This document shows, in pieces, positions 50,907-57,923 of a DNA stretch of 57,923 nucleotides. The position numbers and the translations under genes are program-made. Within the stretch, counting starts at the first letter, position 1, and each line of letters begins with the position of its first letter. The notes beneath the pieces are model-generated. The model saw nothing but the letters and a program-made list of their open reading frames with translations, searched no databases and was not told the origin of the DNA. This DNA is from Polyangia bacterium (GTDB taxonomy: Bacteria > Myxococcota_A > Polyangia > Fen-1088). The stretch spans positions 1 to 57,923 of the forward strand of contig DATBHU010000095.1 in the NCBI GenBank assembly GCA_036557265.1. The letters are read 5' to 3'.

Positions 50907-51422
50907 TCAGCGGATGAGCATCTTCACGACGACACCGCTCTCGTAGGTGAGCGCGGGGCTGCCGTAGCTCATGAGGGTGCCGCCGTGAAACGGCGTGGCG
51001 TCGACGTGGTAGCCGTCGATCGAGCCGTGAACGTAGAGGGCCCCGTCGCTGCCGAGCTGCATCTCGAGCGGCAGGCCGGAGTAGGCCGACCAGACGTGGC
51101 GGCCGGCGCCATCCAGCTCGAGGAAGAACAGACGGCTCTGCCCCTGGGTGTCGGCGGGCGGCGGCTGGCTGCCCGCCAGCGTCAGCTCGCCGCGGCCGCC
51201 GAGCAGCACGTTCCCGTCTGCGAGCGGCACGACAGTGGAAGCCTCGTCGGCGCCGAGCAGCGTCAGCCAGCGGATCGTGCCGTCGGGGTTCAGCGCGGCG
51301 GCGAACGCGTCGGATTGATCGGCGGCGGTGATCGCGCCTCCCGCCGTGTCGATGGTGCCGCCGAAATACCCCGCCACGTAAACCGTCCCATCGTCGGCGA
51401 CGGCGACGTCGTCCAGCCAGTG
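50907..51422 (-). pseudogene. possible 5'-truncated remnant of a beta-propeller (SBBP/YVTN-like) repeat protein, or alternatively a 156-aa CDS from GTG 51377
   Basis: The repeat-like sequence HWLDDVAVADDGTVYVAGYFGG spans the only available start codon. There is no signal peptide, and the ORF begins mid-repeat 76 nt after the deoA stop. Confidence 0.35.
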
Positions 51423-51453
51423 CGGTCGCCCCGGCGCGAAACGAACTTCCGTT

Positions 51454-52809
51454 TCACAGCGTCTGCAACACGAGCGGCCGGCGTGACGGAGATCGCGCGC
51501 CGACGGTAAAGGCGCGCTCGATCAGCGGGCCGGCGGCGTGCGCGCGGGCGGCGTCGTCGAATTCGACGGTGGCCAGCGCGTCGCCGCGCCCGACCGGCGC
51601 GCCGGCCTTCGCGTGCAGCAGGATGGCGGCGCCCGGCGCGATGCGGTCCTCCTTGCGCAGCCGCCCCGCGCCGAGCAGCGTCGCCGCGCGTCCCAGCAGG
51701 CCCGCGTCGACGCGCGCCACCACCCCGCGGCGCGCGGCGCGGACGACGCGGGCGTGGCGCGCGCGCGGCAGCCGGCGCGGATCGTCGATGGCGCGCGGGT
51801 CGCCGCCCTGCAGCCGGACGCCGAGGCGGAACCGCTCCAGCCCGGCGCCGCTCGCGATCGCGGCCTCGATGCGGCGCGCGCCGTCGCGGCGGTCGCGCGC
51901 GACGCGGCCGAGCACCAGCATCTCCGCGCCGAGGCGAACGGTCAGCGCGCGCACGTCCGGCGGCCCGCCGCCCCGCAGGACGTCGATCGTCTCGCGCACC
52001 TCGGCGGCGTTGCCGATCGCCTCGCCGAGCGGCTGGTCCATGTCGGTCAGCACCGCGCGCACGGGCAGGCCGAGCCGCCGGCCCAGCGCGATCAGCGCGC
52101 GCGCCAGCGCCCGCGCCTGCGCCGCCTCCGGCAGGAACGCGCCGCTGCCGACCTTGACGTCCATCACCAGCGCCCGCGCGCCCTCCGCCACCTTCTTCGA
52201 CAGGATCGACGACGCGATCAGCGGGATCGACTCGACCGTGGCGGTGGCGTCGCGCAGCGCGTACAGCGCGCGGTCGGCCGGCACCAGGCGCGCGGTCTGG
52301 CCGGCCAGCACGAAGCCGGCGCGCGCCAGCACGCGCCCGATCTCGGCGGTGGTCAGCGCGGTCCGGTATCCGGGGATCGCCTCCAGCTTGTCGAGCGTGC
52401 CGCCGGTGTGCCCGAGCGCGCGCCCCGCGATCATCGGGACCGTCAGCCCGCAGGCGGCGGCCAGCGGCGCCAGCGCGAGCGAGATCTTGTCGCCGACGCC
52501 GCCCGTCGAGTGCTTGTCGACGACCGGCGTGCCGAGCCGGTCCCAGCGCAGCCGCTCGCCCGAATCGATCATGGCGGTGGTCCAGGTGGTCAGCTCGCGC
52601 GTGGTCAGGCCGCGCCAGACGATCGCCATCAGCAGCGCCGACAGCTGGTAGTCGGGGATCTCGCCGCGGGCCGCCCCGCCGATGAGGGCCCGGATGTCGT
52701 CGTCGCCGAGCTCATGCCCGTCGCGCTTGGCGGCGATCAGCGACGGGACCGCGATCGGCGCGCGCCCCGGGCGCGTCGCGCGCGTCGATTGACGACGCGC
52801 CCGCGTCAT
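51454..52809 (-). CDS. deoA: thymidine (pyrimidine-nucleoside) phosphorylase
   Basis: KRDG..L, DKHSTGGVGDK, GRALGHTGGTLDKLE and SIPLIASSILSKK motifs. Confidence 0.9.
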   Translation of the reverse strand: MTRARRQSTRATRPGRAPIAVPSLIAAKRDGHELGDDDIRALIGGAARGEIPDYQLSALLMAIVWRGLTTRELTTWTTAMIDSGERLRWDRLGTPVVDKHSTGGVGDKISLALAPLAAACGLTVPMIAGRALGHTGGTLDKLEAIPGYRTALTTAEIGRVLARAGFVLAGQTARLVPADRALYALRDATATVESIPLIASSILSKKVAEGARALVMDVKVGSGAFLPEAAQARALARALIALGRRLGLPVRAVLTDMDQPLGEAIGNAAEVRETIDVLRGGGPPDVRALTVRLGAEMLVLGRVARDRRDGARRIEAAIASGAGLERFRLGVRLQGGDPRAIDDPRRLPRARHARVVRAARRGVVARVDAGLLGRAATLLGAGRLRKEDRIAPGAAILLHAKAGAPVGRGDALATVEFDDAARAHAAGPLIERAFTVGARSPSRRPLVLQTL

Positions 52810-53999
52810 GCCGGGCCCTGCAGCGCGCTCAGGAAGCTCTCGCCGTGGGCCAGCGGCGCGACGCCGAGGCCCTCGGCGATGGTCTGGCCGAGGTCGCAGA
52901 ACGACGCGCGCGCGCCGAGGCGGGCCGGGCGGACTCCCGGCCCGAACGCCAGCAGGGGCACCTGCTCGCGCGTGTGGTCGGTCCCGGGGGTGGTCGGATC
53001 GTTGCCGTGATCGGCGGTGATGAACGCGACGTCGTCGGCGCGCAGCGCCGCCTCGAACGACGGCAGCCAGCGATCCAGCTCGACCAGCGCGCGCGCGAAG
53101 CCGGCGCTGTCGTTGCGGTGGCCGTAGAGCATGTCGAAGTCGACCAGGTTGACGAACAGCAGGCCCCGGTCCAGCGTCGCCAGCGCCTCCAGCGTCAGGT
53201 GCAGGCCGTCGGCGTTCCCCTCGCTGTGCACCGAGAAGCCGACGCCGCGCCCCGCGAAGATGTCGGAGATCTTGCCGATGCCGACGACCGACTGGCCGGC
53301 GTCGCGCACGTGGTCGAGCAGCGTCGGCGCGGGCGGCACCAGCGCGAAGTCGCGCCGGTTGTAGGTGCGCTTGAACGCGCCCGGCTGGCCGACGAACGGC
53401 CGCGCGATCACCCGCCCGATCTGGTGGCGGTCGGCGATCTCCCGCGCCGCCTCGCAGATCCGGTAGAGCTCACGCAGCGGGACCACCTCCTCGTGGGCGG
53501 CGATCTGGATGACCGAATCGGCGGACGTGTACAGGATCAGATCGCCGGTCGCCATGTGCTGCGGGCCGAGCTCGTCGATGATCGCCGTGCCGGAGGCCGT
53601 CTTGTTGCCGAGCAGCCCGCGCCCGGCCGCCGTCGCCAGCGGCGCGGTGATCTCGCGCGGGAAGCCGTTCGGGAACGTCGCCAGCGCGCGCGTCGTCACC
53701 AGGCCCGCCATCTCCCAGTGGCCGGTGATGGTGTCCTTGCCGGCCGACGCCTCGCGCATCACGCCCCAGGCGGCGCGCGGCGCGGCGGCCTCGCGCACGC
53801 CGGCGATCGCGGTCAGGTTGCCGAGGCCGAGCGCCTGCAGGTTGGGCAGCGAGAGCCCGCCCACGGCGCGCGCCAGGTTGCCGAGCGTGTCCGCCCCGGC
53901 GTCGCCGTAGTCCGCCGCGTCGGGCGCGCCGCCGCAGCCGACGCCGTCGGCGACGAGGATGATCGCGCGCTTGAATCCACTCACCGGTCCAGGATACAT
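52806..53999 (-). CDS. deoB: phosphopentomutase
   Basis: KRAIILVADGVGCG, GHWEMAG, LYTSADSV, DFDMLYGHRND and ADHGNDPT motifs. Start at M73 of the track ORF (alternative 54020). Its stop overlaps the deoA start. Confidence 0.85.
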   Translation of the reverse strand: MYPGPVSGFKRAIILVADGVGCGGAPDAADYGDAGADTLGNLARAVGGLSLPNLQALGLGNLTAIAGVREAAAPRAAWGVMREASAGKDTITGHWEMAGLVTTRALATFPNGFPREITAPLATAAGRGLLGNKTASGTAIIDELGPQHMATGDLILYTSADSVIQIAAHEEVVPLRELYRICEAAREIADRHQIGRVIARPFVGQPGAFKRTYNRRDFALVPPAPTLLDHVRDAGQSVVGIGKISDIFAGRGVGFSVHSEGNADGLHLTLEALATLDRGLLFVNLVDFDMLYGHRNDSAGFARALVELDRWLPSFEAALRADDVAFITADHGNDPTTPGTDHTREQVPLLAFGPGVRPARLGARASFCDLGQTIAEGLGVAPLAHGESFLSALQGPA

Positions 54000-54018
54000 C
54001 GACCGGGTGCGTGCGCTC

Positions 54019-54510
54019 ATGGCATTGATGGCCGTCGTCGCCGTCGCGGGCGCGGGCGCCGCATCGGCGGCGCGATCGGGTCCGGCGCTGCCGATCGCGA
54101 GCCTGAAGATCGAGACGACGATGGGCGGCGAGCCGGTCGTCCTGGAGCTGGGCGAAGACGGCCGGATCAGCGGGCGGGGGGCGTTCCAGCAGCACGCGCA
54201 GCTCGTCGGTCGCATCGACGGCCCGCGCGTGCTGACCGGCGAAGGTCAGCCGCTCGCCACGCTGGGGCCGGGCGGCCGGATCGACGCGGCCGCCTTCGAG
54301 CGGCCACTGCGGGTGCGCGGTTGCACGCTGATCGACGATGAAGGCGCCGAATACACCGTCAGGCGGAACGGCGACTTCTGGTTGAAGCCGGCCGGTCAAA
54401 AACGGTTCCCGCTCCCGGCGCACGTCGACGGCGACGTCAGGCGCGCGTGCCCGACGGCGCTGCTTCTCTATCGGATGCTGCCGTTCTTTCTCCGTTCAAA
54501 CGCGCGGTGA
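54019..54510 (+). CDS. small secreted hypothetical protein (163 aa)
   Basis: Signal peptide MALMAVVAVAGAGAASAA. Protein-like composition. Divergent from deoB. Confidence 0.4.
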   Translation: MALMAVVAVAGAGAASAARSGPALPIASLKIETTMGGEPVVLELGEDGRISGRGAFQQHAQLVGRIDGPRVLTGEGQPLATLGPGGRIDAAAFERPLRVRGCTLIDDEGAEYTVRRNGDFWLKPAGQKRFPLPAHVDGDVRRACPTALLLYRMLPFFLRSNAR

Positions 54511-54586
54511 TCCTCGGCGGCGCGCCGCCAGCGCGAGGCCCAGCGCCATCAGCCCGAGCGCCAGCGCCGGCGCGTGGCGCGCCAGC

Positions 54587-56038
54587 TCAGTCGCCCCAGC
54601 CGGACTCGGGCTCGTCGGCGTAGTTCTCGAAGCGCGTGTACTCCTTGATGAACGTCATCTTGACGGTGCCGGTGCCGCCGTTGCGGTGCTTGCCGATGAT
54701 CACCTCGGCGATGGCGGTGGGCGCCGCGCCGTCGGGCGTGTCGCCGCCCGCCATGTCCTCGCGGTGGATGAACAGCACCATGTCCGCGTCCTGCTCGATG
54801 CTGCCCGATTCGCGCAGGTCCGACAGGCGCGGCTTGCCCTCGCGCTTCTCGACCTCGCGGTTCAGCTGCGAGATGGCGATGATCGGGATCTTCAGATCCT
54901 TGGCCAGCGCCTTCAGCCCCCGCGAGATGTCCGCGATCTCCTGCTGGCGGTTGTCGTCGCGCCGCGAGGCGCCGCCGCGCGCGAGCTGCAGGTAGTCGAC
55001 CACGATCAGCCCGAGCGGCGGCGCGGGCGGATGTCCGTCGGTCACGGGCGCCGGGGGCGAGAAGTACTTCGGATCGGCGCGGAAGCGGCGCGCCTTGGCG
55101 CGGATCTCCATGATCGAGATCGCCGACGAATCGTCGATCAGGATCGGCGCCGACGCCAGCCGCCCCGAGGCCGGGTGGATCTTGTTTTTCCAGTCGGCGT
55201 ACTCGAGGAAGCCGCGCTTGATGCGCGACGAATCGATGCGCGCCTCGCCGGCCAGCATGCGCTCCATCAGCTCGTACTTCGACATCTCCAGCGAGAACAG
55301 CAGCACCGGGATCTTGTGCTGCAGCGCCGCGTGCATCGCGACGTTGACCGCCCACGAGGTCTTGCCGCCGCCCGGGCGCGCCGCCACGATGATCAGGTTC
55401 TCGCGCTGCAGCCCGGCGGTCAGCTCGTCCAGCTTGGTGAACCCGGTCGGCACGCCGGTCACCGCGCGCCGCTCGGCGGTGCGCACCTCGAGGTTGTGCA
55501 GCACCTCCTCCATCATGTCGCCGGTGGAGCTGTACGTCTCGCGCCGGTTCAGCTGCGCGACCTTGAAGATCTTGGTCTCGGCCTCGTCGAGGAAGGCCTC
55601 GAACTCGCCGAAGTCGCCCTGGGCGGTCGACTGCACCTCGGCGCACGTCGCGATCAGCCGCCGCAGCGTCGACTTCTCGCGCACGATGCGCGCGTAGTGC
55701 AGCACGTTCTCGGCGGTCGGGACGCCGTTGGCCAGATCGTTCAGGTAGCTCTGGCCGCCGTCGAGGCGCGCCAGCATGCCGTGCACCTTCAGCTCGTCGG
55801 CGACGGCGATGATGTCGATGGGCTGGCGGCGCTTGTCGAGCGCCAGCATCGCCTCGTAGATCTCGCGGTGGGCGGGCAGAAAGAAGTCGTCGGTGGCGAG
55901 GTTGGTCCCGACCTCGTCGAACGCGGTCGGCTTGATGAACACCGACCCCAGCACCGACCGCTCGGCTTCGAGGTTGTGCGGCGGCGTCCGCCCCGCTCCC
56001 GCCCCCGAGTTCGAGCTCACGACCTCGAGCACCGACAT
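54587..56038 (-). CDS. dnaB: replicative DNA helicase DnaB
   Basis: PPHNLEAERSVLGS N-terminus, Walker A ARPGGGKTS, IVVDYLQL, and SQLNREVEKR. Confidence 0.95.
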   Translation of the reverse strand: MSVLEVVSSNSGAGAGRTPPHNLEAERSVLGSVFIKPTAFDEVGTNLATDDFFLPAHREIYEAMLALDKRRQPIDIIAVADELKVHGMLARLDGGQSYLNDLANGVPTAENVLHYARIVREKSTLRRLIATCAEVQSTAQGDFGEFEAFLDEAETKIFKVAQLNRRETYSSTGDMMEEVLHNLEVRTAERRAVTGVPTGFTKLDELTAGLQRENLIIVAARPGGGKTSWAVNVAMHAALQHKIPVLLFSLEMSKYELMERMLAGEARIDSSRIKRGFLEYADWKNKIHPASGRLASAPILIDDSSAISIMEIRAKARRFRADPKYFSPPAPVTDGHPPAPPLGLIVVDYLQLARGGASRRDDNRQQEIADISRGLKALAKDLKIPIIAISQLNREVEKREGKPRLSDLRESGSIEQDADMVLFIHREDMAGGDTPDGAAPTAIAEVIIGKHRNGGTGTVKMTFIKEYTRFENYADEPESGWGD

Positions 56039-56089
56039 CGCGCGCGATTCTACGCCGGCCGCATCCGACCGGCGATCGATTCGCGCCGA

Positions 56090-56539
56090 CTACTCTTCTT
56101 TTTTGACGATCGCGACCTTGATGGTCGCGTTGAAACCGCGTCCGAGCTTCACCACGACCTCGAAGTCGCCGAGCGCCTTGAGCGGCTCGTCGAGGTGGAT
56201 CTTCTTCGAGTCCACGTCGACGCCCTTCTCGTGCAACGCCTCGGCGATGTCGCGGCTGGTGACGGACCCGTAGAGTTTGTCCTCTTCACCCACCGCGCGC
56301 ACGATCGAGACTGACACCTTCGACAGCCTGTCGGCCGCGGCCTGCGACTCTTTCGCCAGCTTGGCGGTGCGCGCCGCGATGACGCGCTTCTCGTGCTCGA
56401 CGCGCTTGATGTCGCCCGCGGTCGCCTTGATCGCCAGCCCGCGCGGCAACAGATAGTTGCGCGCGTAGCCCGGCTTGACGTTGACCACCTCGCCCGACTT
56501 GCCGAGGTTGTCCATGTCGTCTCGCAGAATGACCTGCAT
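56090..56539 (-). CDS. rplI: 50S ribosomal protein L9
   Basis: MQVILRDDMDNLGKSGEVVNVKPGYARNYLLPRGLA. Confidence 0.95.
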   Translation of the reverse strand: MQVILRDDMDNLGKSGEVVNVKPGYARNYLLPRGLAIKATAGDIKRVEHEKRVIAARTAKLAKESQAAADRLSKVSVSIVRAVGEEDKLYGSVTSRDIAEALHEKGVDVDSKKIHLDEPLKALGDFEVVVKLGRGFNATIKVAIVKKEE

Positions 56540-56541
56540 GG

Positions 56542-56820
56542 CTAGGCTCCCGTCACCGCGAACGGCATCAGCGCGATCATCCGCGCCCGGTTGACCGCCG
56601 TGGAGATCTCGCGCTGGTGCTTGGCGCAGTTGCCCGTCAGCCGCCGCGGCACCAGCTTGCCGCGATCGGTGATGAAGTACTTCAGCAGCGAGGCGTCCTT
56701 GTAGTCGATCTTGATCGCCTCGTCCGCGCAGAACTTGCACTGCTTGCGGCGTCCGACCGGACGCTTCTTGTCGCGGTCGCCGCGATCACCCTTGGCTTCA
56801 ACAGCTCCATCGGCGCTCAT
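56542..56820 (-). CDS. rpsR: 30S ribosomal protein S18
   Basis: [43 protein letters not shown]. Confidence 0.95.
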   Translation of the reverse strand: MSADGAVEAKGDRGDRDKKRPVGRRKQCKFCADEAIKIDYKDASLLKYFITDRGKLVPRRLTGNCAKHQREISTAVNRARMIALMPFAVTGA

Positions 56821-56871
56821 GAAATGGTCCTTTCAAAAAAGTAGCCGCACACCTCGCTTCGCGAGGAGCGG

Positions 56872-57471
56872 CTAATCCTTTCCTCCGCGGCGCGACGGTT
56901 CATCCACACCGCCGAACACCGCCTCTTCGAAGTCGAACGCGCCCTCTTCCTCGTCGAACGGCGAGCGCACGTTGGCCTGGCCGGTCGCGATCTCTTCCTC
57001 GTCCGGTCCGGGCGTGGCGGCCTTGGTGAACGCCTCCTCGGTGAACTCCGAGGGGCGCGCGGCCGGGTCGACGTTCTCGGCGATCTTCACCGAGTAGTAG
57101 CGGATGACCGAATCGGTCAGGCGCAGGTTACGCTCGACCTCTTCCAGCAGGCCGGCGGTGCCGAGGTACGAGAAGAACAGGTAGATCCCCTTGAGCTGCT
57201 TCTTCACCTCGTAGGCGAGCTTGCGCTTGCCCCAGTTGTCGATCTTCAGCAGGTTGCCGCCGCCCGCCTCGATCACGCCGCGCACCTTCTGGTTCACCTG
57301 CGCGATCACGTCGCTGGTGCTGTCGGGGCGGAGGATGTAGATGGTCTCGTACTCGCGCTTGCGGCCCGCCATGTCGCGGGACGAGCCGAGACGCTGCTGC
57401 TGCGAGGCGGCCGCCGCCGGCGCCGTCGGCGCCGCGCTGCCGCGCGTGGGTTCCGTTCCTGTGGTGCTCAT
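56872..57471 (-). CDS. rpsF: 30S ribosomal protein S6 with N-terminal (~33 aa) and acidic C-terminal extensions
   Basis: Core REYETIYILRPD...NWGKRKLAYEV. The strong RBS AAGGGAGA sits before ATG 57471, while the internal ATG at 57372 has no SD. Confidence 0.85.
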   Translation of the reverse strand: MSTTGTEPTRGSAAPTAPAAAASQQQRLGSSRDMAGRKREYETIYILRPDSTSDVIAQVNQKVRGVIEAGGGNLLKIDNWGKRKLAYEVKKQLKGIYLFFSYLGTAGLLEEVERNLRLTDSVIRYYSVKIAENVDPAARPSEFTEEAFTKAATPGPDEEEIATGQANVRSPFDEEEGAFDFEEAVFGGVDEPSRRGGKD

Positions 57472-57582
57472 GTTGTCTCCCTTTGGACGTTCAGGCCCGT
57501 GTCGCCACGGACAAGGAGGTACTTCGTGAAGGGGCGGTGTCTACCACGACTCGGCCCCGCTGTCTCGCCGGTTTTTTTCGGG

Positions 57583-57923
57583 CTATTTCGCCTTGCCGTT
57601 GAAGCGGTTCATGGCGGTGGTCAGGCCCTCGCGCACGATCGCCTCGACCGCGTCGGCGGCGCGGGCGATGACGTCGGGCAGCACGGCCGCCTCGGCGCGC
57701 GAGAAGTCGGCGAGGACGTAGTCAGCCGGGTCGCGGCCCGGCGCGGGGCGGCCGATGCCGACGCGCACGCGCGGAAAGCCGGGGTCGCCGAGCGCCGAGA
57801 TGATCGACTTCACGCCGTTGTGCCCGCCCGGGCCGCCGCCCGCGCCCAGCTTGAGGCGCTCGAACGGCAGGTCCAGCTCGTCGTGGACCACGAGCACGTC
57901 GGCGCGCTCGACCTTCCAGAAGC
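57583..57923 (-). CDS. pth: peptidyl-tRNA hydrolase (3' part only; the 5' end is off-window)
   Basis: [30 protein letters not shown] and RVRVGIGRP motifs. The frame is open to the window end. Confidence 0.85.
   Translation of the reverse strand, partial: FWKVERADVLVVHDELDLPFERLKLGAGGGPGGHNGVKSIISALGDPGFPRVRVGIGRPAPGRDPADYVLADFSRAEAAVLPDVIARAADAVEAIVREGLTTAMNRFNGKAK

Noticed and set aside
54497-54590. A hydrophobic Ala/Leu/Gly stretch followed by RRRG (ELARHAPALALGLMALGLALAARRRGS) on the minus strand, resembling a MYXO-CTERM/PEP-CTERM-like sorting tail.
   Set aside because: It has no upstream ORF. It would have to run through the 3' end of dnaB in another frame, and it lacks the preceding Cys/Gly-rich motif. 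It is most likely a chance product of GC-rich sequence in the 76-nt convergent spacer.

Overview
This is a 57.9-kb, roughly 70% GC chromosomal segment. It is gene-dense, and many neighbouring genes overlap by 4 nt at stop/start (ATGA, GTGA or TTGA). The gene content suggests a Myxococcota-like deltaproteobacterium: a Hanks kinase, a PEGA protein, an S55 SpoIVB-like peptidase, Pro-rich repeat OMPs and tandem BMC-P genes. That taxonomic call is inference only. Most of the window is housekeeping: argC-argB, uvrC, ftsK-lolA, B12-dependent nrdJ, ctpA, a nucleoside-catabolism set (deoB-deoA ... punA-cdd), dnaB, rpsF-rpsR-rplI and pth. Accessory content includes mazEF and vapBC toxin-antitoxin modules, a ~2.1-kb low-GC insert bounded by a 10-bp direct repeat, a divergent pair of PPPGYQ-repeat beta-barrel proteins, and a family of GC-rich palindromic intergenic repeats. 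The most unusual locus is at 0.86-6.1 kb. It holds four translationally coupled EutN/CcmL (BMC-P vertex) genes, yet no shell hexamer/trimer gene and no signature enzyme appears anywhere in the window. The array is coupled to a UPF0237-type ACT-domain gene whose obligatory N-terminal extension looks like a microcompartment encapsulation peptide. The usual UPF0210 partner gene lies downstream, separated by a Hanks Ser/Thr kinase. I found no rRNA, tRNA, CRISPR array, transposase or integrase. Many long ORFs in the six-frame track are antisense or out-of-frame artefacts of the high GC content.
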